Assembly (NCBI RefSeq): GCF_006345805.1
Contig: NC_043000.1
Span: forward strand, 94,550,001-94,614,000
Length of the DNA stretch: 64,000 bases
From: Octopus sinensis
Taxonomy: Eukaryota
Reading direction: 5' to 3'
In this document: piece by piece, positions 40,056-52,691 of the stretch
Layout: every line of letters starts with the position of its first letter
Position numbering within the stretch: the stretch's first letter is position 1
Program-made: the position numbers and the translations under genes
The notes under the pieces: model-generated
Seen by the model: only the letters and a program-made list of their open reading frames with translations
The model's database searches: none
What the model was told of the DNA's origin: nothing

Positions 40056-40105
<50 letters not shown>

Positions 40106-40109
40106 TGTA

Positions 40110-40234
40110 ACGTCTTCAAAATTTGCCACAAAATCAGTCATTTTGTGGGAGAGGAGCTGTCGATTACAATCGACCCCAGTGTTCAACTGGTACTTAATTT
40201 ATCGATCCCGAAAGGATGAAAGGCAAAGTCGACC
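40110..40234 (-). mobile_element. SINE family A, 3' part
   Basis: TCGATTACAATCGACCCCAGTG..GAAAGGATGAAAGGCAAAGTCGACC. Confidence 0.8.
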
Positions 40235-40255
40235 ACGAGTAAAAAAGTAAGAAAA

Positions 40256-40689
40256 AAATTGCTGGCATTAAAAGGCACCAACATGAGACTGCTAGGAATG
40301 ACTAGGAAAGTAGATTCCGTAATCAATAAGACAGATACTAAAAGTATAGGAGACACTAATTTACTGATCTATGCAGGTGGGTCAGTAGTCACCGGAAGAT
40401 TAGATATCTCACAGGGAAAGATTAATAAAAGAGCAAATGTGGAAAAGGAGACTACAAAACAAAGTGAAGACTTTTAGATACAATTTGAGTAGGAAAGAAG
40501 CCTGGAAAACAAACAAGTTAGGAAACGCAGAAAGATACTTAGTCAAAGGGAAAGGATTTGGGACAATAAAAGAAGAGTTTAAGCAACGTATCATAACAGT
40601 AGCAAGAAGCTCTTCAGATATCAGAAAACAATAGATCAGTATCAACAGAATAGGTTATTTGAGACCTACTAGAGGAGATTTTATAACCA

Positions 40690-40690
<1 letters not shown>
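40256..40690 (+). mobile_element. R4/Dong-clade ORF fragment N-terminal to RT
   Basis: TNLLIYAG..V; MWKRRLQNKV..R.NLS; IKEEFKQRI; QYQQNRLFET..RRFYNQ, typical of the R4-clade pre-RT region. Confidence 0.7.
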
Positions 40691-40781
<91 letters not shown>

Positions 40782-40782
40782 T

Positions 40783-40856
<74 letters not shown>

Positions 40857-40884
40857 TAATAATAATAATAATGATAATAATAGC

Positions 40885-40950
<66 letters not shown>
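40691..40950. repeat. (AAT)n microsatellite, about 260 bp
   Basis: Read directly. Confidence 0.95.
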
Positions 40951-40951
<1 letters not shown>

Positions 40952-40953
<2 letters not shown>

Positions 40954-41470
40954 GGCATACTGAAAGACTTTAAGACATTATATTGAACCACTTCACACAG
41001 AAATCATGCCTCCTCATTGATATGACTGTCGCAATCAACATAAATGTGTCTGTTAAAACCTACCAAAAACTGAGCAAGTATAAAGATATCGAAATAGAAT
41101 TGGCCAAATGTTGAACCTCAATTCTAAAAAAATACATGTTGTCATACGTACCCTAGGAATGATAGCAAAAAGGGCTGATTGCTACCTAGATCAGATATCC
41201 GGAAACTCCAAAATGGCGGAAATTCAAAGGATAGTGCTCATGGGAACTGCGCGTAATCTACGTAAAATACTGTCTATGTAATCTGAAATTTTAAAGCAAA
41301 CTCATAATTTTCTTATGTTTTCTTAAACATTTTCTAGAATAATACTATGTGCAAAACCAAATATATGACAACCTAGGCATGACACCAACATGAACTTCTA
41401 ACTTATTGTCTCTTGAGGTCTCTGGGTAAGACTTGCAGCCAGCATGTACAAATACAAAGCGAACGTCAAC
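40952..41470 (+). mobile_element. R4/Dong-clade 3' end (third subfamily) with 3' UTR and AAT tail
   Basis: DIILNHFTQKSCLLIDMTV..KLSKYKDIEIEL..LGMI..IVLMGTARNLRKILSM* (stop 41281). Confidence 0.85.
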
Positions 41471-41484
41471 ATAATAATAATAGT

Positions 41485-41620
41485 AGGCGCAGGAGTGGAT
41501 GTGTGGTAAGTAGCTTGCTTACCACCCACATGGTTCCGGGTTCAGTCCCACTGCGTGGCCTCTTGGGCAAGTGTCTTCTGGTATAGCCCCGGGTCGACCA
41601 ATGCCTTGTGAGTGGATTTG
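41485..41620 (+). mobile_element. SINE family B, 5' part, fused to element C
   Basis: AGGCGCAGGAGTGG...GTGAGTGGATTTG, then switches to family C. Confidence 0.85.
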
Positions 41621-42194
41621 CTTTTGATCTTAACTGATTTGCTTTTGATCTTAACTGATTGGAAGTGTTATCATGTACATTGTTTTGTCTTGGTATAAAA
41701 GATGGGTTACAGCAAATATTCCGCTCAATACCACAGATTTGCTTGTCAGTTGCTTGACGTTAACCAGTTGAGCATGTCCTTTAGTGGCTGACGATATGTG
41801 CAAGTCTGATCATGAGCAGTAGTGGGGTGCATCATAACCATGTGTTGAGAAGAATTTTGTGGGGTTTGAATAATTCACCTGTGGAAATATGGATGTTTTG
41901 TTCATCATCCTCAAACAAACCTTATTCAGAAACCTTTTGAGAGGGAAGAAAATTGTAACTGGGCCCCACCTGCAAGGTTATGCACCATGTCGCACACATA
42001 TCGTTGTGATGCATGTGCCTGGTCTACACTTACCGGACAGGTGGTCATGATGGGTATATTGGGCTTCCTATATTTGTTCCCGAGTGTCACTTTGATGACA
42101 TGTATTGCCCTTTCACTCAATAATAACAATAATAAATTTCCTGATGCAATACTAGACAGTAGTTCTCATGGCTTCTGATCTTAACTGATTGGAA
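41621..42194 (+). mobile_element. Family C element followed by a probable copy of its own 5' end
   Basis: Homologous to 20081-20545; 24-bp direct repeat (1 mismatch) at 41641-41664 and 42171-42194. Confidence 0.75.
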
Positions 42195-42223
42195 ACAGTG
42201 ATATTTAATATATATATATATAT

Positions 42224-43310
42224 ATTCAATACAAGCAACACAATATCAAGTAGTGATGCAGTACAACCGTTCAAGCAGCTCCATTTAATTGAACAATGCA
42301 ATCTTTACATCAACTTAAATGTAGTGCCATCTTCAGCTGCACAAATAAATATAAAGAATTTTAACAAGTAGGACACATTAATATAATTTTTCTTAGATAT
42401 TTTAACAGAGCAAGAAGATGGAAGTGTGTATCTGTATGCACTTTTACACTTTTCCAATTCATGCCTTAAAATTAATAGATTGTATGTATGTCTTTCCAAT
42501 TATTCCATATGTAAATGCCTTGACCAGTCTTTATAGAAACCACCTAACAAGTAATTAATTAAGTACATGAATAAATATGTAATTTTCTATGTAATTTTCC
42601 TTTTTAATGTTTATAATCTATATATACACACCTTTTACCTATGTTGGTTATGATATCAATTTTTGAAATTCTTAAATTTTATTTTTATACAACTTAACAA
42701 TATTGTTTACAAACAATCACCCATAGTGCCCCTAAATAAACTGTCTTCTGTATTAACATCTTAGGTTTCTTAGCGTCCTGCTCTTTAACTGGTGATTAAC
42801 ATCATGATTTAAAGAGTACCCCTACTCTGCCCCTCTTTATAGACAGTTACTTATATCCAATTGACTACTCCTAATATCTCATTTCCTCCCTGGGGGAAAA
42901 GTGATACATATGACAATATTTATGATCATACCTATCCATGAGCTGTCAACTCGCTCTTGTCCTTTATTCAAAATAGACACGGTTCTCTAATCTTAGATTT
43001 AGTAGATGATAAAGAGATAAATTAATTAGAAAAGAATTACAACCCTATGACCCCATTCTGCTCCATGTGATTCTTAGAAGTTGTAGTCTATTCTTAACTA
43101 CAATAGCGATAACATGAATTTCTTGCCCTGTTAAAATATTTAAGAAAAATTATATTAATGTCCTAATTGTTAAAATTCCATTTATCTATTTGTGCAGCTG
43201 AAGATGGCACTGCATTTAAATTGATATAATGATTACATTGCTCAATTAAATGGAGCCGCTTGAAATGGTCGTACTGCATCGCTACTTGATATCCTATTGC
43301 TTATTTTGAT
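42224..43310. mobile_element. 1.1-kb element with about 190-bp diverged inverted arms (PLE inverted pLTR or MITE)
   Basis: rc of 42241-42415 aligns to 43121-43295 at roughly 85% by eye. Confidence 0.8.
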
Positions 43311-43411
43311 TTGATTCACGTTACTTCAGGATGTGAAGATAATATCGGACTGATTTTGTGCTTCAACTTAAGTACCTAATTCAACTGAATCACACACACA
43401 CGCGCGCACAA

Positions 43412-43482
<71 letters not shown>

Positions 43483-43963
43483 CTTATATTATTCATTTTA
43501 CAACCTAAGAATAGGTGCAGTCGGTGTGACGTACTTTTACGCAATTCTTAACTATCTAATTTTCTCATAGTGGCTTGAGTTATCTCGAGGCTTTGATAAA
43601 AGATGTCACGAATGTGGAATCGAACGCAAGACCACATCATTGTAAACTGAATTTCATATGCACACGGTCTTTCTTGTACCCATTAATTGGTAGAATCCGA
43701 CGAATTCATGCATATAGAATACCGTACCAATTGCCTGAATAAATCATTTATTTCCAAGCATTTAATTACTTACATTCTAGCATTTGCAGAAACACCGTTT
43801 GCATTATTTTCTACCATATACGCACACATACAATAACTTTTCTTTTACATTTTTGAAAACTAACATGAAAAAACAAACCACTTTTGAATAATTTGCTATG
43901 TGTTATTTGTATTGAACAGTCGTTTATATTTGGAGATAAAGTTTTTCCAAATTAGAATTTGTC

Positions 43964-44270
43964 TTACAGCCTCTGATCAACAGGCGAACAACTGCCTCCT
44001 CTCTCTGTCTTTTCTGTCGCTACAATAATGGAAATGTCTCTTTTCCTCGAAGCTTGCTGGGTTAGAGATGCCTCCATTCAGACATTTCCGATCCTTCTGT
44101 TCCTCTTCCTATCATCTCCGTTGCTGTATCCCTCGCTCTAATCCCTACGCTATTCTCCACTCTTAGATCGCCGACTTCTGAAAATTCTCTCCCTTGTTGA
44201 TATCTTATTCACAGATGTTGACTCGCAAAATTTCAAGAAAAACCTTAATTGCGTCAATGTCGTTGATCTG
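43964..44270 (+). mobile_element. CR1/L2/Jockey-group LINE 3' end, degenerate
   Basis: LQPLINRRTTAS.LCLFCRYNNG..S.L..NSLP...D.QNFKKNLN matches LQPL.HRR.VASL.LFYRY.NG..S.EL..WNSLP...LQ.FK..VN. Confidence 0.55.
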
Positions 44271-46282
44271 AGATCTGCAAACGTCATTTCATACATATTC
44301 TTCCAGAATCAGTAGTAAGAAAAACTCATCTTTCATAAAATGAACATCGATCAGTTAAATCGAATACGAATTCAGTCACCAAATACACTGTCACCAAGAA
44401 AATTCGTTTTAGCCAAATGTTTTCTGAGATCCTAATGTATCAGATTCTCATATACTTACGAGGTAGATCAACTTTGGAGGACGTCATTCAAAAGGTGTTG
44501 TTGACTTGTTTATTTGTTTTATCAAATCAAAATAAAATAATTTCATTTCCTAAACGTTTTAGTGCGAAGTTTGATTTGACAGTGTATTAGTATCATACAT
44601 TCTTAGATGGCTGTTCTCAATGTGACGTAAGTTGCGAGTATAAACAATGACCACACTCAAAAGTAACTCAGTCTTGAACTATTTTATTAAACCACATCGA
44701 CATATTTACAAGTGTACATCCAATAAATTGATAGAACAACCTTCAATGAACAAAATGGTTAAGAATCTTCTATAATACAACTTTCTGGATAACATTATGA
44801 AAGTAGTGCTAGTTAAAGTGTATCCCATTCACCGAATACAACATACGCATGTAAACGTAAGAAAAGTGAAAGAAGGGGATAGACAAAAAATCGCTAAAAT
44901 AAGTGGTATAGGTTTTCTAAGAGCTTTTATAACTGTTAACTATTCTTCTAGAATTTTCGCCTAAATTGTTTCGCAGGAAAATTCGTATATTTCATTGAAG
45001 TTTGCCGTGTCATTCATAAATTTGCCAGTATCGATTGAACGAACTAAATCTAGGCATTGATACCCCTTCTGTCAACAATTTCCCTATAATGGAAATACAT
45101 TAGTTCATGGTTCCAGACTATGAAAATTAAATTTTAACTAGGGTTTCGCAAATAAAGTTGAAAAAAAATATGTGTAAAACTGTGTCTATGTATGAGTATG
45201 CGCAACGGAATAAAAGAAAATAAACTATGTTTCTACATTTAGTAAAATGTAAATAATTAAATTAATGGATATTAAATTATTTAAAATAAAAAGCAAAATA
45301 AATGAAATGTAATAAAATATGATCATGGTTTTCGCAATGAAATTACTCTAACGAAGTTCATTCGGGAATGAAAAGAAAAACTGACTAATAGAGAGAAGTA
45401 CAAATAGTTGTACAAATAAATGAGCATAAACAAGTGAAGGGGTGGGTGAAGAAATACTGGCTGAAGAAATAGAAATGAATTCTATAATTGATTTAAAAAT
45501 TGTTCATGATACATTTCAGTTTACTTGGTTATTTACTCTAGAGTAGCAATTCGCGTTATATTAAAGGTTGTCTTTAAACAGAGACCTGCAATAATCTGTA
45601 ATGAAATAAAATTATATTCTAAATAGAACAGTTACCAGAAATTGAGTTAGAAGAGAAACGCACATGAATGCACACACGTATGCAAACACATGTGCACACA
45701 CGCACACACGAAATATTTTTTTGGTCGAAAACGTTAAATTACAAAGTAAATATTTTCGTTACGAATGCAAGGTTTCTATAATTACTGCAACAATTAAATA
45801 CTCTAAGTTAATTTTGAATTCTATTTTTAATTTTGATTTGAGAAATTAAGGCACATATTGAAAAATATTTACAGATAACGTTGTTGATGTTTTTACGCCT
45901 TACTTCAAACTCTAGTTATATACACCGGGGTGTATAATCTTATTACCATCCGCTGAAAACGATACCCGGGGTGCATATAATTTTATGAATTACTGACTAC
46001 CAGAAACTGGAACTACATATCTGCTAAAGACAGAGATTTGATATACGTATTTATTTCAAGATATTTATCGATTTTTTACGCCTCTTCGTTTTACCTAGTT
46101 ATCTATGATTATATTAACGCACCAGACCTTATTCCGTTTACTTTTTTCAGTTCTTCACTAAATGATTTTCAAGAAAAGAACATCTTGGCATCTTGAATAT
46201 AATTGCGAAATATGTATGCTATAAGTATGTTATATGTATATATGTAAATGTGTCTGTGTTTGTGTTATATATATATATATAT

Positions 46283-46391
<109 letters not shown>

Positions 46392-47303
46392 TATATAGAT
46401 GGATGTTTGTGTGTGTGTGTGTGTATGTGTGTGTGTGTGTAAATGTATTATATATGATAGAAGAACTTTGTTGAAAATGACTTCGAAGTTTCGGCCTGTG
46501 AAGCCATCACCGGACTGCAGTCCAGCGATCTTGACTGGCCAAAACTTCAGTCACTATAAGTAACATTCTTCTTTAAAAATACTATACTTGTACATAAATG
46601 AACATAAAAATAAACATTAAGACGTACACACATATCTGTGTGTGTGCGTGTGTGATTCTGTGTATGCGTGCATGTATTTTGTATTATGTTTGTATGTATG
46701 TGTAAGCATACCTGAAGCCTGTGGTGCTTACAGACATCATTTTTGGTATGGTGCATTTTTCTGTTTCTTAAAACTCAATTCCTTTTCTATTCTATTTTAT
46801 TTTATTCCAGAAAGTGTTCCTTTGGGCTATTGAGCTTCATATTACACTTCTTTGTTTATTGTTCTTGCTTTATATTTCTACACTTTACAGATACGTATGT
46901 CTGACACCATGTTGTATTCTCTGTTCCTTTTCCTCTTTGTCTCAAAGTTTGCCTGCATTATTTCTGTGACCTTTTACCATTATATATTTGTGTAGGTGTG
47001 CTTGTGAGTGTGTGTTTGTGTATGAGTTTGTGCGTTTGCGTATACCTGCTTCCATACGTATAAAGATTTTCCTATTTAAACATTCTTCATGTATTTTACC
47101 ACACATTATATATGTTGCGTGCTTATCATAAATTACACATGATGTTTGTTCAAGTCTCCGCTTATTGGTACAGACTTGTGTAAAATGTGTTGAGTGCTGA
47201 TTTTTTTATATGAGCATATATACGTCTGTGCACGCTAGAGAATACGCTTTATATTATATGCAACTCTAGAAACTGGAAGATATCCAAGATTCAATGCCAG
47301 TTC

Positions 47304-47362
<59 letters not shown>

Positions 47363-47422
47363 AAGAAGAAGAAGAAGAAGAAGAAGAAGAAGAAGAAGAA
47401 GAAGAAGAAGAAGAAGAAGAAG

Positions 47423-47500
47423 ATGAACTCCTAACTTGTCTCTAGATGTCTCTGGGTGAGATTTGAAATCAACTTGTACAAATACAAAGCAAAAGCAAAA
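47423..47500 (+). mobile_element. R4/Dong 3' UTR tip
   Basis: ATGAACTCCTAACTTGTCTCTAGATGTCTCTGGGTGAG..TGTACAAATACAAAGC matches the 3' UTR end at 41390-41460. Confidence 0.75.
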
Positions 47501-47523
47501 ATAAATAAATAATTAAATAAATA

Positions 47524-47594
<71 letters not shown>

Positions 47595-47596
<2 letters not shown>

Positions 47597-47678
47597 TGAA
47601 CTTCTAACTTGTCTCCAGATGTCTCTGGGTGAGACTTGAAATCAACTTGTACAAATACAAATTGAAAGCAAAATCAAA
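47595..47678 (+). mobile_element. R4/Dong 3' UTR tip, second copy
   Basis: Same sequence as 47423-47500 with several substitutions. Confidence 0.75.
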
Positions 47679-47704
47679 TAATAATAATAATAATGATGAT
47701 GATG

Positions 47705-47740
<36 letters not shown>

Positions 47741-48143
47741 TAATAATAATAATAATAATAATCATAATAATAATAATAATATCATCATGTGTTTTCCTAT
47801 TATGTACTGCTGTATTAGAGTAGCTTAGAAACTGCACATATCTTGTTGAGGTTATAACATTTACAGAGTCACGTGATCCACATGTATTCATGTATTACTG
47901 ACGTAGTGAATGATTATTTTTCACTGTATTATTTTTTTTCTCAAACATTTTTTCTTCTCATTGGTGTTATTCTATACACTTTGGGGAACCCTAAACCGCA
48001 TCTTACAAGCAGAAGATAAAAAAAATCAGAAAAATGTATTATTGTAGAAGCACACGAATGTATGCACATAAACACTATCATACATGAATCTTATTAAGCA
48101 TACATATACAGACACACACTTACACATAAACATATGTAACACA

Positions 48144-48175
<32 letters not shown>

Positions 48176-48420
48176 TGTCTGTGTATATACATACCTTTAC
48201 ACATATAAAGAGAGAGAGAGAGAGGGTGAGAGGAAGAAAGTGAGCATATGCGAAAGGGAGAAAGAGAAACGGTGTAAATACATGCGTGTATATTGTGTGT
48301 GACAGTGTGTAATGAGTGTGTGTGTGTATGTTTGTGTGAGAGTGTGAAAGTGTGTGTGTGTGTATATGTGTGAGTGTGTGAGAGTGTGCGTGTATGTGTG
48401 TCTGTTTGTGTGTGGATAGA

Positions 48421-48805
48421 TTTGTGGCTCTGTGGTAAGCAGCTTGCTTCCAACTACACGGTTTCGAGTTCGGTCTCACAACGTGCCACATTAGACAAGT
48501 GTCTTCTACTGTAGCCTCGAAACAAACATTGCTTTGTAAATGGATTTGGTAAACGGAAACTGAAAGAAACCCGTCAAAAACATGAATACACACAGGTATT
48601 TGTGTGTGTCATTGTGTATGAGTTTGACCCCCGCCACCGTTTGACAACCGGTGGTTGTTTGTGTATGTCGCCTTAATATGGCGGCTCGGCAAAAGTGACC
48701 GGTACATTAAGTACGAGGCCTTTGTTTTAGGCCTGATACTTAAAAAAGTAAGTACTGGGCTCGATTCGTTCGACTAAAATTCAAACTGAAACAAGTAAAA
48801 GAATA
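48421..48805 (+). mobile_element. SINE family B, diverged
   Basis: GTGGCTCTGTGGTAAG head; GGATTTGGTAAACGGAAACTGAAAGAAACCCGTC core; ACTGAAACAAGTAAAAG tail. Confidence 0.8.
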
Positions 48806-48822
48806 CTTTATGTGACAGACAG

Positions 48823-48915
<93 letters not shown>

Positions 48916-49696
48916 TTCACTTTCACCATTGTGTGGAAAATGAGTAATAATTCAGAGAATTTGACTGTTATTAACTTTCCATCTTTGATAGCAATAAAAT
49001 GTATTGATTTTGTTATGTAGCACAGAATATACATTGGGGAGAAGGTTATACATTATTCAAAATATGGTATAAACGATCGAAACATGGGCGTATTAATGAA
49101 GAAATCACAAGAAAATTTATGTGTCTGATGTAAGCTTGTCTGCAGACGATTTTTTCCATTACTTTTCATATCTCGAAACGAGAAAAATATTTAATGCTTC
49201 CTAACGCCAAGTGTTAACTCTGATTTATTAAAAGTTACGGCTACTTTAGGAGCAGCTTATGTACGGTCTCTTTCATAGCAATATGCTAGGAGATTCATTG
49301 CTTTGTGGTTAGGAGTATTCATCTCACCACTGTAAAGTTGCAGATTCAATTCTTGTACCGGGCGGCGTGTAGTGTCCTCGTGCAAATCCTTTTACGCCAT
49401 TTTGGTCCACTCTGCTCGGTTTTATATATGCACCTGATGAGTGTTGGTGCAGTTCTCTCCTCCTCCAACTGTCACATCCTTGATGTACTATTGGTTCAAT
49501 GTGTGTGAGAAATCAAATTATATCTGTGTCTCATCACAACTATATAGGCGCGTAAAACAACGATACAATGGTACTGTATCAAACCATACTTGTTCGTCAG
49601 TGATATATGGTCATTTCGTATTAAAACCAATACTTAAAGAGTACTCTTCAATATCATTATACTTATTTACTCTGCGTTTCACGAGGAAGTAACTTT

Positions 49697-49880
49697 TTAG
49701 CGCGTCATTTCGCCCGCCTTCATGTTCTGTGTTCAAATTCCGCTGAAGTCGACTTTGCTTTTATTCCTTTCGGGGGATAAAATAAGTACCAGTTAAGCCG
49801 ATGTAATCGATTTAACCCTTAGACCCAACCACCCACCCCGAAATTGCTGGTTTTGTGCCAAAAATTTTGAAACCAATATT
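49697..49880 (+). mobile_element. SINE family A, partial
   Basis: GTTCAAATTCCGCTGAAGTCGACTTTGC..GATAAAATAAGTACCAG. Confidence 0.75.
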
Positions 49881-50099
49881 TACTCTGCTCTGAAAACAAA
49901 ATGTGGAGATCAACAAAGAACAAAATTTATTTCGTTTATATCAGTAACCCCTGAGTCTCTAATCAGAGATGTTATTTATTTTACAGGAACAGATGTCGGT
50001 GCAGCTTTCTACTCTTGGAAGGCAACAATCCGAAATTAAATAGACTATAAAATCATGAATTTTGATTTAGTCACGGGGCCAAGTTATTTTGAGGAGAGT

Positions 50100-50270
50100 A
50101 TTAAGTCAGAGAGTCCTGTACTACTTGTCTGCTACTTTATTTTATCGACTCCGAAACAAGAAGTTAAGATATGGTCGGGGAGCTTTGAACGCAGAACGCA
50201 AAGAGGCGGTACAAACATCACAGGGTCTTTATTTCCTAATGTTTTAACGATTCTGTCAGTTGATTATCTT
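50100..50270 (-). mobile_element. SINE family A, old
   Basis: TTATTTTATCGACTCCGAAA..TTTGAACGCAGAACG..AACGATTCTGTCAG. Confidence 0.55.
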
Positions 50271-50289
50271 GAATGGACCATAAAATGAT

Positions 50290-51120
50290 GCATGATTTTA
50301 CGAAGACGTCTCAAAGTGGTCATTCAACCGGGTAGAAACAGTAGTAATTTTTTCCTCAAATCACATGTTAAAAAAGAGGTTGGATTTTATAGCCCCAGAT
50401 ACAATTTGATTGAAAGGAAACGGTGTTCATGGATGGACTACTGTAGATCAAAGATTTATCCAAAAAGAGATTATTTAAGAACCAAGTAACAGCAAAAGTG
50501 AGATTATGCACATCTATAAGCAAACTGAACCCTATCACAATCGCTATTTAATACCGAACATAGATCATTGACTAGCTTATACATAAACATCAGAAAAGGT
50601 GAGATAATACTCATCGATAGGCAGCTGATCTCTGTCATTATCGATATTTAGTACTGATCGTAGCTCATTGGCTAGCTTTTACATAAGCAGAGAACTAAAC
50701 AAAAAAAGAAAAATACGTTTGATGCTGTACAAACCAGTGATGATAACGAAAGCAGAAATAACCATGAAAGGTGGCAATAGAGGAAGAAGTAGAGGTTGAA
50801 GTTGATAGGGAATGCGAAACTTTCCATTAAAAGAAGGTGATGAACTTAGACAAAAAGAAGAAAAGGCTGAATCAATCCAGAAAAGAAATTAGGCTCTGAA
50901 GGACGAATGAAATATAAAATGTCTGAACAAATACACACGGGTTAAAGATAGAATATACAAGAGAGAAAAAAGGATGCTTGCAGATAAAGATAATTCAATT
51001 ATACCTAAGAAGACATCATGCGAACTGAATCTGGTTAAACAGCAACACACAGTTTGATTGCAAAATAATGATTTCGATCTGTTCAACTATCACGACAGTA
51101 AGATAAATACATGGAATTTT
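50290..51120 (+). mobile_element. Possible very old APE-type LINE remnant
   Basis: Purine-rich semi-open frames with NFF.K....SPRYNLIE and EHRSL, weakly like APE endonuclease motifs. Confidence 0.25.
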
Positions 51121-51266
51121 TTTAGTAAGAAGATGCAGGCAATAAGTTTATCGTTGCAACTGTAATATTCCTGAAAAGGTTTTATATATGATTCACTGAA
51201 ATGATTCCTATGGCTGCAAGTAATTGTGAAATTACATTCCTTTATCTTTATTTGTCAGTATATGGA

Positions 51267-51565
51267 GTTGAAAAAAAAACGATAATTGCACCTGAGCAGT
51301 GGTTTTATAAAATCAGTGGGCTTTTTGCGTGCGAATACCCATAGGGGTTTTATTTTTGGCCATAACCTTTATATATTTGATCCGATTCTAATTAAATTTG
51401 AGATTTAGATAAATTTTGTGGTAGTGGAGACGGTAAAGATTTCAATTTAATTCCAGAGCTGGTATCAACTAATGGACATGAACAGTAATCACGTGTAAAA
51501 TTTCAACGGTCAGAGGTGGGTTTAACTTCAACACGGAAAACACGAGCAACGCCGGGTACAACATA
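51267..51565 (+). mobile_element. Helitron-like element 3' part, terminal CTAG missing
   Basis: 3' hairpin CACGAGCAACGCCGGG at 51541; 51267-51372 is repeated at 63778-63885. Confidence 0.55.
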
Positions 51566-51597
51566 CATGCATTAATACATACATACATACATACAAA

Positions 51598-52680
51598 GCA
51601 GCTCCTTGAGCAACACTTTTTGTCTGATAACCTAGAATACCTGTCCAAAGAAGTCGCAGGACTCTACCGCCACGCATCATCAGACGAAAGGATGCGCCTA
51701 TATGAGCAGAAGACTATGCATGGATATGTTAGTAGAAAGCTCCGTGATGATAGTAACAAGCAGTTTATCATGGACCAATAGCCGGGTTACTACCTCCCAC
51801 TTTGAAAGGTATATGTTTGCAATACAGGAACAGAAAATATCAACCTAGTACCTGATGCACAAAAGGGATAGAAATGCATGCATAGCCGTAAAATATGCCA
51901 GCCGATGCTGATTTTCTGGTGTTCCTACTGACGATATCACCAACGTCATAAGCAGTTATCCGAAAATGTCATCACGGTATTATCTACCGACGCGACATGA
52001 TGTTGTAGCGAGGACACTCTATAATGAAATCCATCGGAAGGATAATCCCGAGGACAAAGAAATAAGAACCCACAATATGGTAGAAGCCATAGCCACTCAT
52101 GATAAAAAAGGAATACTGGTGGAATGTACCAGTGAAGACCTCAATAAAATGTAAAAACAACAGACCTGATATAATGATTTGGGATAAAGAGGAACTGTGC
52201 ACAGTGGAGGAAATTAGCTGCCCAACGGATGTTAACTTAAAGCTGAAGTTCAGTGAAAATGAAAAGACCTATACTGAACTAATGAGGAAACTGCAGTTAC
52301 TCTATCCAGATTACAAGTTCAGGTTATACCTGTAATTATTGGGGCACTGAGTTATGTAACACACCGCCAAGATACCAATCTTGAGAAATTAGGCTTCTCG
52401 AAACCAGAAAGGACAAAGCTAATTTGAAGACTACTGATCCAATCCATCACTGGAACTATAAAAATCTGTAAAACTTTCCAGAAGTGTATCATTTAGATAT
52501 ATATGAGCATGTCTAGATATGCAACTATATGCATGAGTATACATACATTAAAAGAACACAAATCTTCACATACATACATACCCTGTTATTGATGCTGAAA
52601 TTCCATTGAAGGAGCCTTGGATCTAGGTTACAAACTTGTTCTTTCTCTATGGACCAGAAATCTTGAATGAAACTAAATTA
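51598..52680 (+). mobile_element. Distinct RLE (R4-like) non-LTR retrotransposon 3' part, degenerate
   Basis: MHG; FAIQEQ; RHDVVARTLY; NRPDIMIWD; VIPVIIGAL; TGTIKICKTF; ORF end near 52495. Confidence 0.85.
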
Positions 52681-52691
52681 TAACGTACATA

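Larger units (their letters stand above)
47305..47780. repeat. (AAT)n/(GAA)n compound microsatellite carrying two R4 3' tips
   Basis: Read directly. Confidence 0.9.

Noticed and set aside
46478-46520. Minus CCGGTGA-T-GGC..GCC-GAAAC, another hammerhead-like PLE end
   Set aside because: Core has two changes, no adjacent stem I and a single copy; inconclusive without a family consensus.
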